Below, one piece after another: positions 1 through 7,279 of a DNA stretch of 64,000 nucleotides (position 1 is the first letter of the stretch; every line of letters begins with the position of its first letter). The DNA comes from an uncultured Bacteroidales bacterium (GTDB taxonomy: Bacteria > Bacteroidota > Bacteroidia > Bacteroidales > FEN-979): assembly GCA_963768805.1 (NCBI GenBank), contig CAVYJI010000004.1, positions 1,415 to 65,414 on the forward strand, read 5' to 3'. The notes beneath the pieces were generated by a model that was not told the origin of the DNA, searched no databases, and saw only the letters and a program-made list of their open reading frames with translations. The position numbers were made by a program, and so were the translations under genes.

Positions 1-345
1 TCATCAACCCTTTTAATGGCTTCTTCATAGTCCCCTTGGATCTTTAGCCCTCGGATGATCTCATATTTTTGAAGCTTTGAAGAAAGTTCAATATTCCAAT
101 CTTTCAACCATTGGTTCTCAACTTCGAGAATCTGGTTCTTTCTAAGAATCCATTTCAGGTCGTTGAAATAGTCCCAGGAAAACTTCATTACATCAGCAAC
201 CCTGGCCCAGAATAGGTAAGACTCTGTTTCACCTGTTTTTGCTTTCTGTTTGGCAAGAATGCTGTTGACCTCAGCAATCTTGTCAAGGAGCATCTCAGGA
301 GCGGCTTCATAAAAACTGTGCGTGATTTTTTGCGAATGCCTATGC
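1..345 (-). CDS. hypothetical protein, C-terminal part cut by left window edge
   Basis: Minus-strand frame is open from the ATG at 343-345 (MHRHSQKITHSFYEAAPEMLLDKIAEVNSILAKQ...) to position 1. It is absent from the ORF track because no stop lies in the window. No motif recognised. Confidence 0.4.
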
Positions 346-391
346 ATTACTAAAGGTGCTGGGATGGTAAGAATAGACTGGATTCATTTCA

Positions 392-589
392 TTATTCTGA
401 TAAGATATCCATCTCCAACACCTCTATCAACTCCGCTAAACGACGATTTTGCAGTTTGAGATTCTCCTTAACTTCCGATGGTAAGTTAAATGATGTCTCA
501 ATAGTCATCAAGTTAAACAGACTAAGTCGCTTATAGGCATGAATAGTGAGTCGTTTATCAGGTATAGACATGGAACTAAAGGTCCGCAT
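392..589 (-). CDS. small hypothetical protein
   Basis: 65-aa track ORF that overlaps the 3' end of 508-840 in another frame. An internal Met at 571 (MSIPDKRL..) would shorten the overlap. The tail is heptad-like (LKLQNRRLAELIEVLE). No family recognised. Confidence 0.3.
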   Translation of the reverse strand: MRTFSSMSIPDKRLTIHAYKRLSLFNLMTIETSFNLPSEVKENLKLQNRRLAELIEVLEMDILSE

Positions 590-840
590 AAAATGCTCAA
601 GATTAAATCATTAATTCTTCTTTCCATTGCTGCTTTTCTGGCAACAGCTTCTTCGCATACTAAGATTGTTTCATTGATTATTATCTCATTATAATCATCT
701 TTATTTGGATCCAGGCAGCGGTAGATGTATTGTTCAGAGAAATATATGCCTTTATTAGCAAGACGTTGTTTAATCTTTTGAATGCTTCCGGCGGGAGTTT
801 TCTCCCTTAATTCTCTGATTGCTTTATTGCTTATTCTCAT
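508..840 (-). CDS. hypothetical protein (3' end uncertain)
   Basis: 110-aa track ORF. The first ~80 aa look protein-like (MRISNKAIRELREKTPAGSIQKIKQRLANKG..). The last ~30 aa look like out-of-frame read-through. Confidence 0.4.
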   Translation of the reverse strand: MRISNKAIRELREKTPAGSIQKIKQRLANKGIYFSEQYIYRCLDPNKDDYNEIIINETILVCEEAVARKAAMERRINDLILSILCGPLVPCLYLINDSLFMPISDLVCLT

Positions 841-1049
841 TGGCGTTTATGTATTTCGAGTATATACTTATCAGTCCATCATTTAGTTATGGACTCAATT
901 TCCATAGAAAAAAATCAAGGGAATATTCTAGGAGATCTGAGGCGGCGAAAGTAGAAAAATAAAATTGACGCCAAAAAAATAAACTTAATTTATTCATAGT
1001 CTTAATTTAAATTTTATTGTTTTTTAGATCAACTATTTACTTAATACTA

Positions 1050-1229
1050 TCAGCATTTTTTCAAATCTTCCATAACCTCACTTTCGAAAAAAAACAGTTT
1101 TCCTCCAAGTTTATGACATCTGACAATTCCAGCCTTGCTCCATTTATGGAGTGCTGGACGACTAACCCCTATCATTTTGCAGATGTAAACGGCAGTAACA
1201 GGTTTTTCAATTATTGATTTTTCGCTCAT
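1050..1229 (-). CDS. excisionase-family / MerR-superfamily helix-turn-helix DNA-binding protein
   Basis: 59-aa ORF below the track cutoff, translated by hand: MSEKSIIEKPVTAVYICKMIGVSRPALHKWSKAGIVRCHKLGGKLFFFESEVMEDLKKC. The pattern (..GVSR.AL.KW...G.I....LGG...F...EV) is typical of small Xis/AlpA-like HTH proteins of Bacteroidota mobile elements. Confidence 0.6.
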   Translation of the reverse strand: MSEKSIIEKPVTAVYICKMIGVSRPALHKWSKAGIVRCHKLGGKLFFFESEVMEDLKKC

Positions 1230-1322
1230 CGTATTTATTAAATTTTACGGCTGCAAAAATATTTAACAAGAAATTAACTTGCAAATAAATATTTTATCAA
1301 CTAACTGATTTATAACGTGTTA

Positions 1323-1363
1323 TTAAACTAAAAGTAACCTTATTTTAAACTAAAATTAACCTT
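1323..1363. repeat. 19-nt direct repeat pair, TTAAACTAAAAGTAACCTT / TTAAACTAAAATTAACCTT
   Basis: Copies at 1323-1341 and 1345-1363 match at 18/19 positions. They lie ~100-130 nt upstream of the Xis-like gene and are followed by the inverted repeat CATTCAG(1366-1372)/CTGAATG(1386-1392). Confidence 0.75.
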
Positions 1364-1528
1364 GTCATTCAGAAATAAACTATACCTGAATGAATTATAA
1401 TCTTAGTTTAGAATTGAAAAAAATTATGGGAAAGATGGAATTAAGGAACTTTTTGTACTATACGGGATCGCACCCAAAGGATCAGATTAAAAAGTTGTAA
1501 AATTTTGAGGAAGACTTATTTTTTGAAA

Positions 1529-1653
1529 GCAGTAACGCGCCGCCGGCGGTCACTTTACGGGCATTAGCAAAGTTTATATTTGAATTTCGTTCCCATGTTT
1601 AGTATCCCCAATCAGCCTCCTTACCAGAATTCCCCGCCTTGTTCGGCTGCAAG
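1529..1653 (-). repeat. junction element family R2, copy 3 (diverged)
   Basis: Lies directly 3' of orf151. It shares blocks with the copies at 3252-3388 and 12981-13124: ..ATTAGCAAAGTTTATATTTG.., ..CTCCTTACCAGAATTCCCCGCC..GGCTGCA. It contains the CCGCCGGCGG palindrome. Confidence 0.6.
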
Positions 1654-1684
1654 CACATTATAGCCAGTGCATTTTTTCTACTAT

Positions 1685-2140
1685 TTATTTTATAGTCACA
1701 AGAAATATTCCGCCTAAATTACAAGATAAATAGTGAACATAATATTTCCCATTTGACAATTTTGTGATGTCAAGTAAAACTTCTTGTTTTTGATTAAAGG
1801 TTCCATGAGTCAAGGGCTCAATTTTTACTCTTGTATTACTCTGGATATTTTTTAAGTAAGTGCTGTCGTAAATAAACACATTCGTTTCTGTTCCTCCGTT
1901 TGGAAATTTTAGTTTGTGAAATTTCTTTATATTGTCACGAGTTACAGTTGCTTTAAATTCCATGGTGTCAAGTCCTGCTGGTAAGTCCACGTAATAAATT
2001 CCGATGATGTCTTTTTGCCAAATAATATTTCCTACTTTGTCTTGTCGCATACTGTTTACAAAACCAACAATTTGATAAATGCAATAACCAAGACCTACGG
2101 TCAAAATGATAATAGAAATTATGAGAATTTTTCTTTTCAT
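1685..2140 (-). CDS. hypothetical membrane-anchored protein
   Basis: 151-aa ORF with an N-terminal hydrophobic anchor (MKRKILIISIIILTVGLGYC). No conserved motif recognised. Confidence 0.6.
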   Translation of the reverse strand: MKRKILIISIIILTVGLGYCIYQIVGFVNSMRQDKVGNIIWQKDIIGIYYVDLPAGLDTMEFKATVTRDNIKKFHKLKFPNGGTETNVFIYDSTYLKNIQSNTRVKIEPLTHGTFNQKQEVLLDITKLSNGKYYVHYLSCNLGGIFLVTIK

Positions 2141-2200
2141 TTGTTGAATTAAGTAGTCGTGCTATCGTCTATTAGCATTAGCTATAATGGCTTGTTGTGC

Positions 2201-2578
2201 TCATTTTTTTGTTTTTAATAGATTATCCTTAACTTCTTCTATTACAAATTTGCTATCTTCTTTCCCTTCTGTATTATACAACTTAAGCTCATTTGTTTCT
2301 TCATTGAATGTCCAGGTTCCATCTACCATGTAATGGCAGTCATCTGGCGATAAAACAAGCCATGAACAGGTTGAACCACTTTTTAAATTCATTTTAAATC
2401 TGTACCTGGACGGTGGAAATACCTTATAGTCACATGGCCTGAAAATAAAAACATTTGATCCTTGAGTATTTTCTTCTCTTGAGTCTGTCCAACATCCAAG
2501 TAAATCCGATTTGCTTATTTTTTGTCCGGATACTTGAAAAGAAAACAATAAAAGGGTAATTATTGTAAAATATTTCAT
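2201..2578 (-). CDS. hypothetical secreted protein
   Basis: 125-aa ORF with a signal peptide (MKYFTIITLLLFSFQVSGQ). Small Cys-containing, beta-rich sequence. Confidence 0.6.
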   Translation of the reverse strand: MKYFTIITLLLFSFQVSGQKISKSDLLGCWTDSREENTQGSNVFIFRPCDYKVFPPSRYRFKMNLKSGSTCSWLVLSPDDCHYMVDGTWTFNEETNELKLYNTEGKEDSKFVIEEVKDNLLKTKK

Positions 2579-2657
2579 TCTGACAATTATTTGGTTAGTG
2601 CTTGTTTTTCTAAATCGAGAACAACGTTCGGCTGTTACGCGACGTGCGGGATCAAAA

Positions 2658-3233
2658 TTAGGTGATGATGCTATTACGTTTTGGTTTTGTAATATATTTC
2701 GACCATTGTTTGAAGTTATTCTCCCATTTTAGTAATTCTTTTGGACTTCTAAAATGTTCCGATAGAATTATTGGAACTTCGTGAATGTAATGTTTATCTG
2801 GTTTCAAAGATTCATCAAATTCAATTTCAACCTTTTTTCTTGCGACATAGAATAAATATCCTCGTTGCATTTTATAATTATATTTATCGGAAAAATGATT
2901 TTTTGCTTTAACAATACGATTAAAATCTGTAATTGCCGATCTTGGTTTAGTTTTTTTCCATTCTTTTAATTCAATAATTATCCATGGTTTTTTGCGGCGG
3001 AAAATTACAATATCCGGGTGAATACCAATTTCTTTTAAATATGGTTTATTCAAAACACGAATCATTCTTTTCGTCCGATCATCATCCATAAAATAATCAT
3101 TTAATATCTGCCAGACATGACATTGTAGGTCAGCTTCAGATAAAATTTGGAATGTTTTGTACCGTTCCAAAATTTCTTTTGCAAGAGATGTAAAAATAAA
3201 ATCTTGTAACTCTTTGATGCCTAATCTTTTCAT
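2658..3233 (-). CDS. PD-(D/E)xK nuclease-fold-like protein (hypothetical)
   Basis: 191-aa ORF. ..IGIHPDIVIFRRKKPWIIIELKEWKK.. fits the (P)D..x(n)..ExK restriction-endonuclease-like motif. No other domain seen. Confidence 0.45.
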   Translation of the reverse strand: MKRLGIKELQDFIFTSLAKEILERYKTFQILSEADLQCHVWQILNDYFMDDDRTKRMIRVLNKPYLKEIGIHPDIVIFRRKKPWIIIELKEWKKTKPRSAITDFNRIVKAKNHFSDKYNYKMQRGYLFYVARKKVEIEFDESLKPDKHYIHEVPIILSEHFRSPKELLKWENNFKQWSKYITKPKRNSIIT

Positions 3234-3251
3234 TTGGTTTATCCTTTCTTA

Positions 3252-3388
3252 ATAGCATTATCACCTAAGCCCCTTATGCAACGTCATTGCGGGTTTTAGC
3301 AGATTTTATCTTTGTTCTTTGTTTTCATTTTATAAGCCACAACCACTTTCTTTACCGATTGCCCTCGTATTGCGATTGGCCTGCTTGC
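3252..3388 (-). repeat. junction element family R2, copy 1
   Basis: Lies 3' of the protease gene and 18 nt upstream of the next start. 3301-3360 aligns without gaps to 13031-13090 at 50/60 positions. Variable hairpin GCAACGTCATTGC at 3278-3290. Confidence 0.85.
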
Positions 3389-3434
3389 TATGGCCAGGGC
3401 CTTATTTTTCTTCTTCAGTTTCTGGGTAGGTAGT

Positions 3435-4322
3435 TTATTTTGTCTGTCCGCTTATCCAGTTCGCAAACACGGACACTCTTGTCCACTCGTCTATTTGTCC
3501 GTAATAACCGGATTTCATCAATTGCTCAATGTTTACAGCCGATCCAGAAGTAATACCTATTAATTCCCAACCAGATTTTGTTTGTCTGAAGAGTCCACCT
3601 CCGCTGTCACCGGCAGCACTAATATATTCTAATGGTCTTGGTTTAGAACTTCCCATTTTATTACAGTCTTTTCGCGTGGGATGGTCAAAATCACTTAGTA
3701 GTTTTGTTGGTTTGTCATTCAATATAAATCCAGATAAACTGTCAATAACATTTTCACCCGCAATCTTTTTATTATAAAAAGCAACTGTCTGCGGTTGGCT
3801 TGCAATGCCAGATGCTCCAAAACCCACACCAACAACATTAGAATGTAATTCATTAAAAGAATTGGAAACTGTTGCCGGTGAAATTATTTTCACCACTTCT
3901 TTAAGTTCAATCAGGGCAACATCACAGTTGCCTTTTGTTATGCTGTCAAGATATGCAGGATATATTTTAAGAGATTTACCCTGATAACGTTTACCATTAA
4001 ATGAAAAAAAGTAAGTTGTGATGTCACCGGTTCTAGGATTTATTGGTTGGTTTATTATCATCGTCATTCCATTGGACACAATGGTATCTAATCGGAAATC
4101 ATTCTCAATAAAAACATGAGCTGCGGACAAGACAAATCGGTCACTAACTAAAACACAGGAACCTGCAGGAACTGTGTCCTTAAATACTTGTCCGACGCAA
4201 TCAAATTGTTTTTGCTGAGCTAATTTTAAATACTTTTCTTCCTTAACATCATCTCTGATGATGCCTGAAAAAAAAGTTAAAAATGCCAAAACACTAAATG
4301 TCAATATTGTTATCTTTTTCAT
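3435..4322 (-). CDS. trypsin-like serine peptidase (S1 family), exported
   Basis: Catalytic triad contexts LSAAHVF (His), DVALIEL (Asp) and GDSGGGLF (Ser). N-terminal signal/anchor MKKITILTFSVLAFLTFFSG. Confidence 0.85.
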   Translation of the reverse strand: MKKITILTFSVLAFLTFFSGIIRDDVKEEKYLKLAQQKQFDCVGQVFKDTVPAGSCVLVSDRFVLSAAHVFIENDFRLDTIVSNGMTMIINQPINPRTGDITTYFFSFNGKRYQGKSLKIYPAYLDSITKGNCDVALIELKEVVKIISPATVSNSFNELHSNVVGVGFGASGIASQPQTVAFYNKKIAGENVIDSLSGFILNDKPTKLLSDFDHPTRKDCNKMGSSKPRPLEYISAAGDSGGGLFRQTKSGWELIGITSGSAVNIEQLMKSGYYGQIDEWTRVSVFANWISGQTK

Positions 4323-4345
4323 ATCGCTCGTTATGCTTCAGTATA

Positions 4346-4909
4346 TCATTTTAAATATTCTGCAAATTTGTTGAAGCTAAATCCAATACCATGAATATTT
4401 GGCTCTAATCTTATTGATTTTATGAATGCTTTTCCGATTCCAGGTTTTAATTCCTTACAAATTCTAAAATCCTTAAAGTCCTTCTTCATTTCAATATCAT
4501 TTGTGATTTTTGTCACGAGATTCATTACATCACTCTCAGTCTTACACAACTTTTTAATAGGAATTAAAATATACCTTAGATCATGTTCCTTTTTTTTATC
4601 AGGGTTCACCATATATTCTCGAAATATATGTGGGTTGGTTCTTGTTATTAAAATTGCTGGTAAAAGTTCAGAAGCATCCTCTCCATTAATTTGATGCCAA
4701 GACAACACTTCATTATCGAAATGTCCGACCTCACCCACCCCAGTGATCACTGCTGATTCATTTTGAGATGACCACCTAGCTAAGTTTTGAAAGTTTCTCT
4801 GTAAAACATTCACTATTGGCTCATCCCAACCATAATCGAGAATATAAATGAAATAGTCTCTTGTGGCTTCCTTCGAAAGCACTTCTAAACTATGAACCAT
4901 TAATCCCAT
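4346..4909 (-). CDS. hypothetical cytoplasmic protein, first gene of a two-gene unit with the protease
   Basis: 187-aa ORF, 23 nt upstream of the protease gene. No signal peptide. Alternating beta/alpha pattern (DYFIYILDYGWDEP.., SAVITGVG.., LPAILITRTNP). No family recognised. Confidence 0.6.
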   Translation of the reverse strand: MGLMVHSLEVLSKEATRDYFIYILDYGWDEPIVNVLQRNFQNLARWSSQNESAVITGVGEVGHFDNEVLSWHQINGEDASELLPAILITRTNPHIFREYMVNPDKKKEHDLRYILIPIKKLCKTESDVMNLVTKITNDIEMKKDFKDFRICKELKPGIGKAFIKSIRLEPNIHGIGFSFNKFAEYLK

Positions 4910-4938
4910 AAGTTTTGTATTTTAAATGATTTATTGAG

Positions 4939-5128
4939 GCTAACCGACTGGGTAAACTCAACTGTCGATGTTATTTTATCTATGTTTTCATCCGAAACTT
5001 GCTGTTATCCACCATATTTCAATTGTATAACCGCATTGGAACTACATACCATCCACCAAATATAATCCAAAATATTGCACAAAGAATTTTCCGAAATATT
5101 ATTTTTGGATGAAAAAGACATCAACAGG
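4939..5128 (-). repeat. leader repeat family R1, copy 1
   Basis: Same element as 13811-13955. Carries a 44-nt internal insertion (5015-5058) bracketed by the direct repeat ATCCACCA (5007-5014, 5051-5058). Ends 30 nt upstream of the orf187 ATG. Confidence 0.85.
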
Positions 5129-5203
5129 TAAGGACCCCATTTGGGATCACATCCAAACTGCTTGCCTAATAAGTTGCCTAACTTTAGGCCCCTACATTCA
5201 AAA

Positions 5204-5340
5204 CATCAGTAAAATAATATGACACAGAAGGGCGGATGAATCCCGACGGGGTCACGAAGACAAATGCGAAATGTGAAGTATGACGTACATTACATTTTAC
5301 ATTTCGCATTTTGCTTTTCAGACTTCTCATTTTGCAATAG
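5204..5340 (+). ncRNA. X element copy a: conserved leader + heptad-periodic hairpin + T-rich tail (candidate small RNA or terminator module)
   Basis: Leader is CAGAAGGGCGGATGAATCCCGACGGGGTCAC..ACAAATG. A 13-bp perfect stem pairs AAATGCGAAATGT (5262-5274) with ACATTTCGCATTT (5299-5311), followed by TTTTGCTTTT. Confidence 0.35.
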
Positions 5341-5467
5341 GAAAGTAATTTAGAATTGAAATAAATTTGTAGCGAATTGTGAACGGAGGAGTATAAACCC
5401 GCAAAACACCGGCAAAGGCTAATACCTGCCAGCAAAGTTGACAGTTTTTAAGAAAGTAATTTTGAAA

Positions 5468-5631
5468 CAGCAGTAAAATCAAATGATCCAGAAGGCCATA
5501 TGAATCCCAGGCGGATCACCTGACAAATGTAAAGTGCAAGGTGCAAAGTGTAATATTTTGCACTTTGCACTTTTCGTTTTACACCTCACCCTTTTCGTTT
5601 AACACCTTGCACTTACACATTGACCTTTCAC
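5468..5631 (+). ncRNA. X element copy b (tandem to copy a)
   Basis: Leader is CAGAAGGCCATATGAATCCCAGGCGGATCACCTGACAAATG. The stem pairs GTGCAAAGTG (5541-5550) with CACTTTGCAC (5561-5570) and is extendable to ~20 bp, followed by TTTTCGTTTT. Clean 7-nt periodicity over 5534-5631. Confidence 0.35.
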
Positions 5632-5781
5632 TGATCAGGTATAATATAGATAAAATACAGGAATCTGAATAATTCAGTATTACAGACTTTCATCTGGTGA
5701 ACAAGGCCACGAGCAGTGTATTATAATACTCCCCAAATTTCAGACCACTGGTTAAGTTGAAAATTTAACTTAATTTTATCA

Positions 5782-6075
5782 GTGGATATGAGAGCAAAAA
5801 GAAGAAAATTTACAGCAGCCTTTAAGGCACAAGTAGCCATAGAAGCGCTCAAGGAGCGTTTGACATTGGCGGAGATCTCAAAAAAGTATGAGGTCCATCC
5901 TAATTTAATATCAAAATGGAAGGCGGAGTTTCTGACCCGATCGGCAGAGATCTTTGAGACCCAACCTCCGGAGGTGGATTTTGAAGCTGAACGGCAAAAA
6001 CTCTTTGCCAAAATCGGCGAGTTAGAAATACAGCGTGACTGGCTAAAAAAAATTTCAAAACAGGCCGGACTTTGA
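5782..6075 (+). CDS. IS3-family transposase OrfA (HTH)
   Basis: MRAKRRKFTAAFKAQVAIEALKERLTLAEISKKYEVHPNLISKWK.. is the typical IS3/IS911 OrfA helix-turn-helix with a leucine-zipper tail. Confidence 0.9.
   Translation: MDMRAKRRKFTAAFKAQVAIEALKERLTLAEISKKYEVHPNLISKWKAEFLTRSAEIFETQPPEVDFEAERQKLFAKIGELEIQRDWLKKISKQAGL
6045..6052 (+). other. programmed -1 frameshift slippery run (A8)
   Basis: Read as CTA AAA AAA ATT in the orfA frame. orfB is in the -1 frame and overlaps the orfA stop. This is the standard IS3 A-AAA-AAA motif. Confidence 0.7.
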
Positions 6076-6899
6076 AAGAGGTCCTGAGCTATATTGAAGA
6101 AAATGAGGATATAAGCATTCGATGTCAATGTGAATTGCTGGAAGTAAATCGAAGCACAGTGTATTATAAACCTGCCCCGGAATCGGAAGAAAATCTTGCC
6201 ATTATGCGGTTGATGGATGAGCATCATCTGGATCATCCAACACATGGTGTGCTGCAGATGCAGGATTACCTGTTTATGTGCAGTTTTATCGTCAATACAA
6301 AACGCGTTCGCCGGTTACTCAGGCTGATGGGGATCATGGCGTTATACCCAAAACGGAATCTGAGTAAATTGGGGCTTGCAAAATACATCCGGCCCTATCT
6401 TCTGAAAGGACTTACAATCGAACGACCTAACCAGGTCTGGGGCATTGACATTACTTATATCCCCATGGCCAATGGATTTATGTACCTGACTGCTATTATT
6501 GATCTTTACAGCCGTTATATTGTGGGCTGGGATGTATTCAACAGTCTTAATGCAGAAAACACACTGGAGGTGTTAAAACAGGCCATAGCACAGCATGGTA
6601 AGCCTGAGATTATTAATTCGGATCAGGGGAGTCAGTTTACCTGTGCACTTTGGACTGAATTTGTCGACAAGGCTGAAATAAAAATCAGTATGGATGGCAG
6701 GGGCCGGGCCACGGATAATATTTTCATCGAGCGCTTCTGGCGTACGTTAAAACAGGATTATGTGTATTTAAACCCAGCTGAAAGCGGCACAGAGCTTTAT
6801 AGAGGATTAAGAAAGTATATCCTTTACTACAATAACCAGAAGTCCCACCAGGGAATTGGAAGAATCAGTCCGGCTAAACTGTATCATCAGGCAGCATAA
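6072..6899 (+). CDS. IS3-family transposase OrfB (DDE/rve integrase core)
   Basis: WGIDITYIPM..(D), IINSDQGSQFT (D) and NIFIERFWRTLKQD (E) form the DDE catalytic core. The track start is a TTG; the protein is probably made as an OrfAB fusion. Confidence 0.9.
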   Translation: MKEVLSYIEENEDISIRCQCELLEVNRSTVYYKPAPESEENLAIMRLMDEHHLDHPTHGVLQMQDYLFMCSFIVNTKRVRRLLRLMGIMALYPKRNLSKLGLAKYIRPYLLKGLTIERPNQVWGIDITYIPMANGFMYLTAIIDLYSRYIVGWDVFNSLNAENTLEVLKQAIAQHGKPEIINSDQGSQFTCALWTEFVDKAEIKISMDGRGRATDNIFIERFWRTLKQDYVYLNPAESGTELYRGLRKYILYYNNQKSHQGIGRISPAKLYHQAA

Positions 6900-7058
6900 A
6901 AGTTATGAACAAAAGAAAAAAGAAGCAAAAAAGAAAAACTGTTAACATCGAGAATAACTCTTCGAGTTATTTCCCGATATTAACAGCAATTACAACAAAT
7001 TATATCTTAAAAAATTCAATTAAGAAAAGTAAAATCGTGGTCTAAAGAATGGGGAGTA

Positions 7059-7163
7059 GAAAATATTGATATAATAGTTCCCGACCCCAGGTTTCTTTTT
7101 AGTAAGGAAACCACCATTGGCTAACTGATTCAAATAACTGGATGCTGTTTTCTTTACAAACAT
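7059..7163 (-). pseudogene. remnant of a second Fic-family gene (C-terminal winged-helix part only), truncated by the IS
   Basis: The hand translation MFVKKTASSYLNQLANGGFLTKKKPGVGNYYINIF parallels ..ITAANYLNQLSDDGFLTKKKLGVGNYYINE of the intact Fic gene (8838-9926). The nucleotide match TGATATAATAGTTCCC..TTAGTAAGGAAACC is visible at 7067-7110 versus 8873-8916. Confidence 0.75.
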
Positions 7164-7279
7164 AGTTCAATATGTAAAGAAAAATCAATTTTCTTCTTAA
7201 TCATTCTCCTGATCATTGAAAAAATCGGAAGAATGAATGATTGTCGATGTATTAATTACTTTTAATTACATTTGATGCC

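Larger units (their letters stand above)
5727..7058 (+). mobile_element. IS3-family insertion sequence, apparently intact
   Basis: IRL at 5727-5748 (TACTCCCCAAATTTCAGACCAC) matches the reverse complement of 7037-7058 (TACTCCCCATTCTTTAGACCAC) at 18/22 positions. It encloses orfA and orfB in the 0/-1 frame arrangement. No clear target-site duplication seen. Confidence 0.9.

Noticed and set aside
5184-5435. Track ORF (83 aa, minus) lying inside X element copy a
   Set aside because: The translation is low-complexity (Cys/Phe/Ser/Lys runs) and is produced by the heptad-periodic hairpin DNA. It has no start context and no homologous ORF in the other X copies.
5721-6245. 174-aa minus-strand ORF overlapping the IS3 transposase genes
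   Set aside because: It is an antisense shadow of orfA/orfB. The plus-strand ORFs carry the recognisable IS3 HTH and DDE motifs.
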